Virus record (IMG/VR): IMGVR_UViG_3300023116_000009
Coordinates: 64,001-128,000 of that record
DNA from: a virus
Strand: one strand, 5' to 3'
DNA length: 64,000 bases
Shown here: piece by piece, positions 16,575 to 25,999 of the stretch
Position numbering within the stretch: the stretch's first letter is position 1
How the letters are laid out: each line of letters begins with the position of its first letter
Notes under the pieces: model-generated
Database searches by the model: none
What the model was told of the DNA's origin: nothing
Seen by the model: only the letters and a program-made list of their open reading frames with translations
Program-made: the position numbers and the translations under genes

Positions 16575-17186
16575 TCAACTAACTCGCATGATGAAAGCGA
16601 GAGCAAAGTATGGCGGGAGGTTTGCATTAGTTCCAGCACTACCTGCATTGTCAATAGAGATTCCTGTAGTTGCAGAATCAATGGTAATTCCTGTAACAGA
16701 TGACCCACTAGTGTTCGATTCTGCAATATCATTATCACCAGATCCAGAACCTGCCTGGTCTTGACCACTGGAATCTCTCGAACCCTCTTCTGTATGAGTG
16801 TGACCAGGGTCAGTAATATCATGACTATGACCGTCATCGGTAATAGTGTGGGTGTGACTAACTACAATCGCATCTTTTGATCCACCTGTTGCAGTGTCTG
16901 TACCAGTGATATTTGTTTGCCACTCATTATCATTATTATCCTCATATGCTTGTGCTGCAATGACAAACTTGTTTCTCAGGTCTGGAGTTCCATTAGTACC
17001 ATCACACAAACTCCAGTTAGCAGGGACTTCTGATGCTGTACCAGAGAACATAATAATTCCTTTAACAGGAACTAATGCATTAGTCAGTGAGGATGCCGCT
17101 TGATTAAGAGTAACTGCAGCAGTATCAATTTTATCTGTAGTTACTGCCTGGTCTTGTAATCCAGGTGTGTCTATCTTGTATACCAT
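16575..17186 (-). CDS. tail-collar-domain fibre protein (paralogue 2)
   Basis: GIIMFSG...WSLCDG.NGTPDLRNKF...HTH...NLPPYFALAFIM. Confidence 0.75.
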   Translation of the reverse strand: MVYKIDTPGLQDQAVTTDKIDTAAVTLNQAASSLTNALVPVKGIIMFSGTASEVPANWSLCDGTNGTPDLRNKFVIAAQAYEDNNDNEWQTNITGTDTATGGSKDAIVVSHTHTITDDGHSHDITDPGHTHTEEGSRDSSGQDQAGSGSGDNDIAESNTSGSSVTGITIDSATTGISIDNAGSAGTNANLPPYFALAFIMRVS

Positions 17187-17187
17187 T

Positions 17188-17841
17188 TTAGTTAATCCTA
17201 ATAATGTATGCTAATGCATAATATGGTGGGAGGTTTTGGTTCGTTCCAGCAGAACCTGCACTGTCAATAGTGATTCCTGTAGTTCCAGAATCAATGGTGA
17301 TGTTTGCCGAAGCACCATTAATAGCAAAGTTATTAACACGAGTAGCACCTTGGCTTCCTGGTCCCATACTGAAAGCACCTCCACTGACTTGAACATTATA
17401 TCCATCAAGATTTGAGGTGTGAGTGTGATCAGTTTGAGTAATACTATGACTGTGACCGTCATCAGTAAGAGTGTGATTGTGATCAACTACAATCGCATCT
17501 TTTGATCCACCTGTTTGGGTATCAGATCCAGTAATGTCAGTTTGCCATTCCGCACCAGTATCATCATAAGTACCTGTACCAATAACAAATCTGTTAACTA
17601 AATTTGGTGTATTTGAACCACTCAAAGTACCAGAAGTAATGGCACTTCCGTCACACAACTGCCAGTTGGGGAATCCTGCAAGTGCATCTGCAGTGCCACT
17701 CCACAAAATAATTCCACCAATAGGAACTAATGCACCAGAAACTTCGGATGACAACCTGCTAATACTAATCGTAGCAGTGTCAATTTTATCATCAGTAACT
17801 GCCTGGTCTTGTAGTCCAGGCGTATCTATTTTATATACCAC
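17188..17841 (-). CDS. tail-collar-domain fibre protein (paralogue 1)
   Basis: GGIILWSG...WQLCDG...TPNLVNRF...HNH...NLPPYYALAYII; GTG start. Confidence 0.75.
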   Translation of the reverse strand: MVYKIDTPGLQDQAVTDDKIDTATISISRLSSEVSGALVPIGGIILWSGTADALAGFPNWQLCDGSAITSGTLSGSNTPNLVNRFVIGTGTYDDTGAEWQTDITGSDTQTGGSKDAIVVDHNHTLTDDGHSHSITQTDHTHTSNLDGYNVQVSGGAFSMGPGSQGATRVNNFAINGASANITIDSGTTGITIDSAGSAGTNQNLPPYYALAYIIRIN

Positions 17842-17864
17842 TTGTATACAAGTATTCTACTGTT

Positions 17865-18290
17865 TTATTTATCCTTATCAAAATAGAAAGGTCCGTTCTC
17901 AGAACCCCATTTCTGTTCTCCAGTTTCAGGATCAAATCCAGCGTCAATAACTTTATAAAAATCAGGACCCATTTGTATTTTACTTACCAATACAGTCCCT
18001 TTGAATATGCATCCTGGAACAGTTTGTCCCCAATACAATCCCCCTCGTTTAACAAAGATCAAATTACATTGATCATTCTCTACTATCAGATGATCTTTCT
18101 TATCAACAACTTTAATTAGTTTATCTCGATAGGGTTTATCATCATGTTTATATCTCTGAGTCACATGAAATTCATTATGAGAAATCTTTTCATGAGTCAA
18201 GATGATATGAGCAAATCTTGTCGGACGACTTGATGCTTGTTTCCAATTATTGTAACTGCCTTCAAACCAGTTGATAAATTCTTCAAACAT
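17865..18290 (-). CDS. cpeT: CpeT/CpcT-like bilin lyase
   Basis: FEGSYNNWKQA...PYR...WGSENGPFYF. Confidence 0.8.
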   Translation of the reverse strand: MFEEFINWFEGSYNNWKQASSRPTRFAHIILTHEKISHNEFHVTQRYKHDDKPYRDKLIKVVDKKDHLIVENDQCNLIFVKRGGLYWGQTVPGCIFKGTVLVSKIQMGPDFYKVIDAGFDPETGEQKWGSENGPFYFDKDK

Positions 18291-18306
18291 TTTAAGTATT
18301 CAAATA

Positions 18307-18378
18307 AGCGGGTGATCGGAATCGAACCGACGACATCTAACTTGGAAGGATAGCGTTCTACCGCTGAACTACACCCGC
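18307..18378 (-). tRNA. tRNA-Gly(TCC)
   Basis: GCGGGTG...CACCCGC acceptor stem, loop CTTCCAA, GGTTCGATTCC. Confidence 0.95.
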
Positions 18379-18411
18379 AGGAAAGGGGGTGGTCAGACCC
18401 CCAAGGACACA

Positions 18412-18627
18412 TGCACGCCACCTGTTTTAGTTTCAGTTGCAAAACAGGAAATCAACCACACGGAAGGGGTCGTTTGGATCCACCACTTGCTCTTTGACTG
18501 GAAGCAAGAAACCAGGCGGGGAGAGATATCCCATCCGCACCACTTGTTCTTATGGAAAAACAAGAAACCCGAGGGGTCGTTAAACCCATCCCGACCAGGG
18601 CGCTTTTAGCGTCATCCCGAGACGTTT
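18412..18627 (-). ncRNA. manA-like structured RNA
   Basis: Three repeats of UUUCYUG-hairpin-CARGUGG, intergenic and directly 5' of a tRNA; family assigned from memory. Confidence 0.6.
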
Positions 18628-18630
18628 CAT

Positions 18631-18858
18631 TTAGGCATAAACACCAGATTCAATAAGATCTGCTTCAACCTGATCGAGAATTACATTATAATCATCTTCA
18701 GGATCATCGTACAATTGTACTCCTTGGTCTTCATAGAAACGAATAAGTTTCTGATAAAGTTTAGGGTAATCTTCATCAAGGGAAATATTACCCTCGATTG
18801 CTGCAGTCAGTTTTTTGAGATCGTTTTTGAACTTTGAATGAAATTTAGAACGAGACAT
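18631..18858 (-). CDS. conserved hypothetical protein
   Basis: YPKLYQKLIRFYEDQGVQLYDDPEDDY. Confidence 0.65.
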   Translation of the reverse strand: MSRSKFHSKFKNDLKKLTAAIEGNISLDEDYPKLYQKLIRFYEDQGVQLYDDPEDDYNVILDQVEADLIESGVYA

Positions 18859-18901
18859 TGCCTTTGCAATTTAGTTGTAGGAATGGAGGGGGAACCTCCA
18901 A

Positions 18902-18975
18902 TCGGGACGACAGGATTCGAACCTGCGACATCTCGCTCCCAAAGCGAGTGCTCTACCAAACTGAGCTACGTCCCG
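18902..18975 (-). tRNA. tRNA-Pro(TGG)
   Basis: CGGGACG...CGTCCCG acceptor stem, loop TTTGGGA; TTGACA-N17-TATAAT promoter at 18990-19018. Confidence 0.95.
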
Positions 18976-19022
18976 TTGTTGATGCAAGTATTATACTGGA
19001 TAATACTTGCGGTGTCAAGAGG

Positions 19023-19205
19023 TCAGCTGAAAAATTCTTCGTTCCGCCTGCGATCCAAGTACTCAATGATCTCACCACGCCATTCTAGCAGTTCGTGGTA
19101 GCACTCCTGTTCGTGTGCAGTTTGACGCAGTTCATGATCTGGTTTGAGAACACTCTCATAGAAAATAAAAAATGCGTCTTTGCGTTTGGTTTGTTTAGGA
19201 TTCAT
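19023..19205 (-). CDS. hypothetical protein
   Basis: FYESVLKPDHELRQ.AH...ELLEWR. Confidence 0.6.
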   Translation of the reverse strand: MNPKQTKRKDAFFIFYESVLKPDHELRQTAHEQECYHELLEWRGEIIEYLDRRRNEEFFS

Positions 19206-19450
19206 CTTTCCTCGAAATCAAGTTTGCGGACACGTCGTTTCCTCCGTGCCTCCTGGTATTCTAACTCTTGATTTGAGAAAACACTTCCTTTCTTAAGGAT
19301 TTCTTCTGAATTAATCATGATAACCTGAGCGAGGTCCACTGCCGTAATTTTATCTTCGGTTACTGTTGTTTGATTTGGGCATCCACATATCTGTGGTCTC
19401 GTACTGCTGGTCAATTCCTTATTGCAACACTTGCATCTGACTGATAGCAT
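19202..19450 (-). CDS. Zn-finger hypothetical protein
   Basis: CKCC...CGCPN, LDFEER tail. Confidence 0.65.
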   Translation of the reverse strand: MLSVRCKCCNKELTSSTRPQICGCPNQTTVTEDKITAVDLAQVIMINSEEILKKGSVFSNQELEYQEARRKRRVRKLDFEER

Positions 19451-19490
19451 AATTTAACATTCCTTTATCTTTCAAGTTCCTATTCTTCAT

Positions 19491-19721
19491 TTATTTATTT
19501 GGGTTATGGTCTTTCATACCATCGTGATTACCGTCCTTTGGAAGTTCACCCAAAGTAATATACTTAACAACCTGAATAGATCCTTCAAGTCGAGCAATAC
19601 TCCTTTCGCACTTTATATACTCTTCATAAGCAGGTCGAAGTTCTTCCAACTTACCCTGAAGTTCTATTGTTCTTTTAGTAAATCTTTGTAGAAGTTGTTC
19701 GTTAGATTCTATTGGTTTCAT
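19491..19721 (-). CDS. coiled-coil hypothetical protein
   Basis: ORF track. Confidence 0.55.
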   Translation of the reverse strand: MKPIESNEQLLQRFTKRTIELQGKLEELRPAYEEYIKCERSIARLEGSIQVVKYITLGELPKDGNHDGMKDHNPNK

Positions 19722-19739
19722 TTCTTTAGTTGTAACTAA

Positions 19740-19811
19740 TGGGCGAAGAGGGATTCGAACCCCCGACTGCCTCGGTGTAAACGAGGAACTCTACCGCTGA
19801 GTTATTCGCCC
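19740..19811 (-). tRNA. tRNA-Val(TAC)
   Basis: GGGCGAA...TTCGCCC acceptor stem, anticodon arm CCTCG-TTTACAC-CGAGG. Confidence 0.95.
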
Positions 19812-19888
19812 TGGCGTCTCAGGAGGGACTTGAACCCCCGACCAACTGCTTAGAAGGCAGATGCTCTATCCAACTGAGCTACTGAGAC
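19812..19888 (-). tRNA. tRNA-Arg(TCT)
   Basis: GTCTCAG...CTGAGAC acceptor stem, loop CTTCTAA, encoded CCA; abuts tRNA-Val. Confidence 0.95.
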
Positions 19889-19902
19889 AGGAAAGGTGGG
19901 AC

Positions 19903-20523
19903 TTATGCCCACACAAGTTTCTTAGTATAATCGTAAGCATAGTGCTCACGATATCCTTTAATACCCCAACCTAACCAGTAATATGCAGCAACCATATACT
20001 GACTAACAGGTCTACCATGACCCTCAAACTCTGGAAGAACCTTTTGGAAATTGTATTCGTTAATCAGGTATGCTGTCTGACCCTCAAGTGTAGAGGGATC
20101 ATAACCATACTTTTTAGAGAAACGACCTAACCCCAAATAACGGTTCGTAGAGGTCCACTGAATGAGTCCGTAACCACCGCTATAGCAACGATCGTAAGGA
20201 ACTCTAGCACCTCCTTCGCAAATATTGGGATGGAAGTTGCTTTCAGATTTAATGTTTCCCATGATCGTTGCCAAGGCATTGCGATCAGAGATGTTTGTTT
20301 TTTGTTGAAGTTTTTCAAGGACGTATTGTTCATTGTAATTGCACCCTGGGCACTTCCAGGACTTCTCTACCACTTCAATAGGAGTAACTTTTGGTTCTTC
20401 CTTCTTAACTTCTACTACAGGTGTAATAGGAGCAGGTGGTGCTGCAATCTCACTGAGTGTGGGGTAAGCACAAGCAGCAGGAATGACAGTCAAAAGAGGC
20501 AGAACAAACAATTGTCTTAGCAT
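19903..20523 (-). CDS. lysozyme-fold cell-wall hydrolase (Phage_lysozyme2-like)
   Basis: MGNIKSES catalytic Glu, GYGLIQWT; N-terminal signal. Confidence 0.75.
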   Translation of the reverse strand: MLRQLFVLPLLTVIPAACAYPTLSEIAAPPAPITPVVEVKKEEPKVTPIEVVEKSWKCPGCNYNEQYVLEKLQQKTNISDRNALATIMGNIKSESNFHPNICEGGARVPYDRCYSGGYGLIQWTSTNRYLGLGRFSKKYGYDPSTLEGQTAYLINEYNFQKVLPEFEGHGRPVSQYMVAAYYWLGWGIKGYREHYAYDYTKKLVWA

Positions 20524-20554
20524 GAAAAAAATAGAACTCTACATTCACCTCTCG

Positions 20555-20992
20555 CTAAAGCGATGGTGATTCAAAGTAATCCTTGCGGTAATAACGACCG
20601 AGGATGTTGCTATTATAGTAGGCAGGAGTGCCATTTGTCAAGCCCTCTACCAAAACGTTGTTTAGGAACAACTGACGGGTCTCTTCGTAATTGCATTTAC
20701 CTAGAGTGGTATGCAAACTTAAGATTTCCCTTTTGAAGTTTTGTTTACCAAACTCCTTAATGTCTTCTTTTAATTCTGGGCAAGAACCATAATACTTTTT
20801 CCAGTCAGATTCTTGCCTTTGCCTTCGCTTTTCTCCTTTCTTTTTCCTAAAAGACCAGAAGTATTTTCTTCCTATGTATCTTCTGCTATTAACAGTATTA
20901 GTTATTAAGTATACAAAACCATAATAACCATTGATACTATCGGAATCAAATACTTCACCTTCATACCACCATGGATTATCGTACATACACAA
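20555..20992 (-). CDS. GIY-YIG endonuclease (T4 endonuclease II-like)
   Basis: GFVYLITN...RYIGRK, YYGS, YYNSNI. Confidence 0.85.
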   Translation of the reverse strand: MCMYDNPWWYEGEVFDSDSINGYYGFVYLITNTVNSRRYIGRKYFWSFRKKKGEKRRQRQESDWKKYYGSCPELKEDIKEFGKQNFKREILSLHTTLGKCNYEETRQLFLNNVLVEGLTNGTPAYYNSNILGRYYRKDYFESPSL

Positions 20993-21159
20993 GACATCAC
21001 TGTCTTATATATCAACTCCACGGATCTGGTATTTCAATTTTAGTGCTTGGAGTTGGAATGCTTGCCCCAAGGTCTGTGGACCCAGTTTTAATAGAGTCCA
21101 CTCCCTGTCTGACAGATTTGGATCTGCCAATGCTCTCATCTTCCAAGGTGCTGGATTTG

Positions 21160-22329
21160 TCACAGCGAAAAACCAGCGAAAGTATTTTCTGTAACATCCT
21201 GCTTGATACCACCACTAATGTAACTTTCAACTTCTGTTTCTTGAGGAGCAACTTGAAGACCTTTAGATGAAATCCAATGCTCAGTCCAAGGAAGAGGATT
21301 GTTCTTGGCGGGGATATCATACTCTGGTTTGAGACCAATCGCTTTCATACGACGGTTTGCAATCCACTCCACATAATTGTAGAGAAGTTTGTCATTCAAA
21401 CCAATCATAGAACCATCTTTAAACAGATACTGTGCCCATGTCTTTTCCTCATCGACACAGCGTTTAAACATCTGTCTAACTACTGGTTCCTCTTCCCTAG
21501 CAATTTCTTGCATCTCTGGGTCATCTCCTTCACGCCATTTGTTGAGGATGTTTTGAGTAAGGACAAGATGCTGGCTTTCGTCTCTGGCGATGAGAGAGAT
21601 AATTTTAGCGGATCCCTCCATAAGTTTGAGTTCACCAAACGCAAACGAGCAAGCAAACGAGACATAGAATCGAATTCCTTCCAGGATGTTGACATTAGCA
21701 ACTGCTCTGTAGAGTTTACGCTTCAGAGCATAGCGTTCAGATAGACCGAGGTCAACCCCATCGTTAGCAAACTCCCACAAACTCCCATTACCATACTCTT
21801 GTGCAGAGTGAATAAAGTCGTTGTAAGATTCAGTTACAGAAGAGGCACGAGATAGAATCTTCTCGTCATCAAGAATTGTATCAAATACTTCAGACGGATC
21901 TGAATATACATTCTTAATGATATATGTATATGAACGAGAGTGGATCATCTCCATAAACTCCCACACAGTCATAGCAGATTCAAGTTCTGGAAGTGAACAG
22001 TATGGAACAAATGCCATACCAGGACCACGACCTTGAACAGAGTCCAGCATGATCTGATATTTCAGATTAGAAGTAAAGATATGCTTCTGCTCTGGACGAA
22101 GAGTTTGATAATCTCCACGATCTTTCTGGAGGGAGACCTCCTCAGGTCTCCAAAAGTATCCCAATTGTTGTTGTGTAAGTTTTTCAAAGACGGGGTACTT
22201 TGCCCCGTCATATCTCTGAACTCCCAGTGGTTGCCCAAAAAACATTGGTTGCTTTTTAGTATCTACTTTGTTGGTATTAAATACCGTCATACCTTTGATT
22301 TTCTTTGGTTCAGATTTTACAAGATTCAC
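21160..22329 (-). CDS. nrdB: class Ia ribonucleotide reductase beta subunit
   Basis: FWRPEEV, DSVQGR, EMIHSRSY, EGIRFY, RDESQH; probable GTG start after GAGGAGG. Confidence 0.97.
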   Translation of the reverse strand: MNLVKSEPKKIKGMTVFNTNKVDTKKQPMFFGQPLGVQRYDGAKYPVFEKLTQQQLGYFWRPEEVSLQKDRGDYQTLRPEQKHIFTSNLKYQIMLDSVQGRGPGMAFVPYCSLPELESAMTVWEFMEMIHSRSYTYIIKNVYSDPSEVFDTILDDEKILSRASSVTESYNDFIHSAQEYGNGSLWEFANDGVDLGLSERYALKRKLYRAVANVNILEGIRFYVSFACSFAFGELKLMEGSAKIISLIARDESQHLVLTQNILNKWREGDDPEMQEIAREEEPVVRQMFKRCVDEEKTWAQYLFKDGSMIGLNDKLLYNYVEWIANRRMKAIGLKPEYDIPAKNNPLPWTEHWISSKGLQVAPQETEVESYISGGIKQDVTENTFAGFSL

Positions 22330-24604
22330 AGTCGTCCTCCTCTTCTGCAATTGACATGAGTTGCTCTAATTGATTGCGCTTTTCTTCTAATTCCTCTTCT
22401 CCTTTTCCATCATAGGTGTTCTGGTAATAAGATGTTTTCCAACCGTATTTGTATGTAGTCAGTAGATCTTGTGCCCATACTGAGATAGGAATTTCCTTAT
22501 TAGGATAGTTCTCAGGATTGTAAGACCAGTTGCCAGAGATTGCTTGGTCAAAGAACTTCTGCATCACCGCCAAGATCTTAATATATCCTTCATTGGATTC
22601 CATATCCCAGAGAAGAGTGTAATTATTCTTAAGCGAAGAGTACTGAGGTACGACTTGCTTAAGGGTTCCCTTCTTGCTCTTCTTAACGGACAGATATCCT
22701 CTAGGGGGTTCAACTCCATTTGTGGCATTTGACACAACGGAACTGCTCTCCGATGGCATCTGTGCGGACAACGTTGAATGTCGTAGTCCATGTACTTGGA
22801 TCTCGGTACGTAGAGTTTCCCAATCATAATTGTACTCAGGTACTACCAGTTCATCAACGTCCTTTTTGTATGTATCAATTGGAAGGATTCCGTCATAATA
22901 CTTGGTACGATGGAATGCTTCACATGGACCTTTCTCTTTAGCAAGTTGATTGGATGCCTTCAACAGATAATACTGGAATGCCTCACTAAGATCATGAACC
23001 AATTTCAAAGCACCAGGATCATCATAATGTTCTCCATGGCGTGCCAAATAATGAGCAAGACCGATGAAACCCACTCCAAGCGATCTACGTGCCCTTGTAG
23101 CACGTTCTGCTGCCCTTACAGGGTATCCCTGATAGTCGATCAACTCTTCCAAGGCACGAACGGAAAGATCGCAAAGTTCTTCCATTTCCTCTAGTTTGTG
23201 AATCTTACCTACGTTAATAGCAGAAAGAATACACAAAGCAATCTCGCCACCCTCATCATCAATGTGTCGAATGGGATCTGTAGGTAGGGTAATCTCCTGG
23301 CAAAGGTTAGACATACTCACCTTATCCTTAAAGGAAGAATGAGTATTGCAGTGGTCGATGTTCATGATGTAGATACGACCCATCTCTGCCCTCTCCTTCA
23401 GCAGATTCAAAATCAATTCTTGAGCACCAATGGTTTTCCTAGGGACCTTCGTGTCTCCTTCGTACTTTCTATAAAGGTTATCAAACTCAGGAGTGCCGAA
23501 AGCATCATAAAGCCCAGGCACATCGTGAGGACTAAAGAGAGTAATGTTCTCGTTAGCAATAAACCGTTCGTAGAATAGTTTAGAAATCTGGATGGAGTAG
23601 TCAAGTTTGCGGACACGGTTGTCTTCAGTACCTTTATTGTTCTTTAGAACGATGATGTCTTCGATTTCTTGGTGCCAGATTGGGAAGTGGACAGTTGCTG
23701 ATCCACCTCGGATGCCATTTTGAGTGCAGCATTTGACAGTTGCTTCAAACTTTTTGAGGAAAGGGATAACACCTGTGTGCTGAACTTCTCCACCTCGGAT
23801 CTTACTGTTGATGCCACGGATTCTGCCTGCGTTGATGCCGATTCCCGCCCTTTGTGCAACGTATTTGCCAATTGCCATATCAGAGCTAAAGATAGAATCG
23901 AGGGTGTCATCAACGTCAACAAGAACACAGCTAGCAAATTGTCGAAGTGGAGTTCGCACTCCCGCCATGATAGGTGTGGGAATGTTGATTTTGTGTTTTG
24001 AGATTGCATTGTAGTATCTACGGATGTAAGACAGACGAACGTCTTTATCATAGTTAGCAAAGATCGTCACTGCAATCATCATGTACATGAATTGTGGTGT
24101 TTCATATACTTGCCCAGTGTTACGATCCTGAACCAAATACTTATCAACTACCTGGCGAAGACCAGCATATGTAAACAAGAAGTCACGATCATGATCAACC
24201 CACTCACCAATGGTATTAAGTTCTTCTTCTGTATAGTTATTAAGAACTTCAGAGTCATAAACTCCCCATTCAATACAACGAATGATTTGAGCATAGAATG
24301 AAGGATGGTCCCAACAAAGACCATAAATTTGCTTACGAATCCCAAACAAGAGGAGTCGTGCAGCAACGTATTGATAATTAGGATTCTCCAAAGAGATCAA
24401 ATCAGCAGCAGATCTTACAAGAATCTTTTGGATTTCATCTGTAGTAATCCCATCATAAAATTGAATTCCAGATTGGATTTCTACTTGACTTGCAGAAACC
24501 CCTGAGAGACCGTCACAAGCGGCGTCAACCATCTTGTGCATCTTGTCAAGATCAATTGCTTCAACTGTGCCGTTTCTTTTCTTTACTTGAATGCCGTTGC
24601 TCAT
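22310..24604 (-). CDS. nrdA: class Ia ribonucleotide reductase alpha subunit
   Basis: ATP cone, PTPIMAG, SNLCQEI, CESCKI tail; no intein. Confidence 0.97.
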   Translation of the reverse strand: MSNGIQVKKRNGTVEAIDLDKMHKMVDAACDGLSGVSASQVEIQSGIQFYDGITTDEIQKILVRSAADLISLENPNYQYVAARLLLFGIRKQIYGLCWDHPSFYAQIIRCIEWGVYDSEVLNNYTEEELNTIGEWVDHDRDFLFTYAGLRQVVDKYLVQDRNTGQVYETPQFMYMMIAVTIFANYDKDVRLSYIRRYYNAISKHKINIPTPIMAGVRTPLRQFASCVLVDVDDTLDSIFSSDMAIGKYVAQRAGIGINAGRIRGINSKIRGGEVQHTGVIPFLKKFEATVKCCTQNGIRGGSATVHFPIWHQEIEDIIVLKNNKGTEDNRVRKLDYSIQISKLFYERFIANENITLFSPHDVPGLYDAFGTPEFDNLYRKYEGDTKVPRKTIGAQELILNLLKERAEMGRIYIMNIDHCNTHSSFKDKVSMSNLCQEITLPTDPIRHIDDEGGEIALCILSAINVGKIHKLEEMEELCDLSVRALEELIDYQGYPVRAAERATRARRSLGVGFIGLAHYLARHGEHYDDPGALKLVHDLSEAFQYYLLKASNQLAKEKGPCEAFHRTKYYDGILPIDTYKKDVDELVVPEYNYDWETLRTEIQVHGLRHSTLSAQMPSESSSVVSNATNGVEPPRGYLSVKKSKKGTLKQVVPQYSSLKNNYTLLWDMESNEGYIKILAVMQKFFDQAISGNWSYNPENYPNKEIPISVWAQDLLTTYKYGWKTSYYQNTYDGKGEEELEEKRNQLEQLMSIAEEEDDCESCKI

Positions 24605-25581
24605 ACCTTTTTCCACTGTGTAAATTTGAGAGTTGCTTCTAGTCCTTGGTAGGTGTTCGATTCTACCATACTTTGAACGTCATGTCCAGCAAGAACCATG
24701 TCGTTCAGATCTTTTTGAGTTACAGAAGATGGAAATATTACCACCTTGTATCCCTCTTGGATGGTCTTATTAATTTTAGAACAGATTTCTCTGTTTCTCG
24801 GTTCGTTGTCGTAGACGAATACGTGTCGATTATCAAAATTGCTGTTGTTAACATCGCTACCGCACATAGCAATAGCATTCCGCAAGAAATGGGAGTCGAA
24901 GGGTCCTTCGGTGACATAGATGGTCTGCTCTTGGTTTACTTTGTCCATACCATACAGTTTAAGTTTATCCTCGTCAAGCATCACTGTAATATAACGTATT
25001 TGCGCTTGAGGATACAAAGATCTACCCTGGTATCCAAAGACACCATCTTTATCCCGAAGAGGAATAATTATTCTTGACTCATCATACCTTGCATCTTTGA
25101 AAACTTTCTTATGTTTGTTTGTCCATTCTTTAAATTTCGGGCAGAAATAGAATGGTTCAGTTGGTAACTTGCGTGCTTCAAGGAACCGACGAGCGATGTG
25201 TGTTTTATTTAGATCTGAGATCTTTTGCAGGTCTGAGAATATGTCGATTTGGAAACGTGGTGGTTCAAACTTAAATTTTGGTAGTGGAATTTTAGTTCCC
25301 TTACCAGTAGAACCTTCCTTGTATGCTTCCAGAACATACTCACCATACAACTGAGCATCATGATCTTTCAGAAAGTTTGGTAATGTCCTTCCTACTCCAC
25401 AGTTGTGGCATTTAAAGATGTAAGAACCCTTCTTCTGAAAGAAATAACCCCTAGCACGATTCTTGTTCTTTTGAGAATCGCCACAATAGGGGCATCTGAA
25501 ATTGTATGTATTCTCGGACTTTTTAAACTTCTCTAAACGTAGAGAAACCAGGGAGATGTACTTCCTGTCGAGATGCAACAT
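24601..25581 (-). CDS. gp61: DNA primase gp61
   Basis: CPYCGD...CHNC Zn finger, EGPFD TOPRIM; TTGACA-N17-TAGTAT at 25602-25630. Confidence 0.95.
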   Translation of the reverse strand: MLHLDRKYISLVSLRLEKFKKSENTYNFRCPYCGDSQKNKNRARGYFFQKKGSYIFKCHNCGVGRTLPNFLKDHDAQLYGEYVLEAYKEGSTGKGTKIPLPKFKFEPPRFQIDIFSDLQKISDLNKTHIARRFLEARKLPTEPFYFCPKFKEWTNKHKKVFKDARYDESRIIIPLRDKDGVFGYQGRSLYPQAQIRYITVMLDEDKLKLYGMDKVNQEQTIYVTEGPFDSHFLRNAIAMCGSDVNNSNFDNRHVFVYDNEPRNREICSKINKTIQEGYKVVIFPSSVTQKDLNDMVLAGHDVQSMVESNTYQGLEATLKFTQWKKV

Positions 25582-25999
25582 AATCAAAAGACGTTTTATC
25601 AATACTAACAGAGGAACCCACAGGTGTCAACAGTTTGATAATAGGAGGGACCACTTGTAACACTGCCACAAGGGTAGCAAGAACAGCACCAGCACCAATG
25701 ACAAACTTAGCATTGGTATCTACTCTCTTCTGCAACTGAGAAACTCTCTGGTGCATTACTTCGTGGTCCTTATCCACCTTGGTTTTCAGATCCTCAATCA
25801 TTTTGATGATGAGTTTATCTGATTTTTCACTGTCTTCTAAGCGTCCTTCATGGCGCTCTAAGATTATAGCAATCTTATTGCTATTGTCAGAGATGGTTCC
25901 AACTGCTCTTTCAAGTTTGTCAAGCATCTCTTTGGAGAGATCTTCATAAATGTCCAGTTTACTTTCTAAAACTGCTAATTTACCAAGACCAAACGCCAT
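25523..25999 (-). CDS. coiled-coil protein with C-terminal TM helix
   Basis: LESKLDIYEDLSKEMLDKLE..., FVIGAGAVLATLVAVL. Confidence 0.65.
   Translation of the reverse strand: MAFGLGKLAVLESKLDIYEDLSKEMLDKLERAVGTISDNSNKIAIILERHEGRLEDSEKSDKLIIKMIEDLKTKVDKDHEVMHQRVSQLQKRVDTNAKFVIGAGAVLATLVAVLQVVPPIIKLLTPVGSSVSIDKTSFDYVASRQEVHLPGFSTFREV

Noticed and set aside
16273-16764. 163-aa plus-strand ORF
   Set aside because: Spans a terminator and two better-supported minus-strand genes
18412-18627. Possible CRISPR mini-array from three similar repeats
   Set aside because: The repeats are split and degenerate hairpin flanks, with no cas operon; a structured RNA fits better
18197-19101. ORFs overlapping tRNA-Gly and tRNA-Pro
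   Set aside because: Explained by the tRNA genes
20931-21338. Three overlapping 87-108 aa ORFs between nrdB and the GIY-YIG gene
   Set aside because: No motifs; a short TTG-start minus-strand ORF (..LSDREWTLLKLGP..) is the more likely occupant
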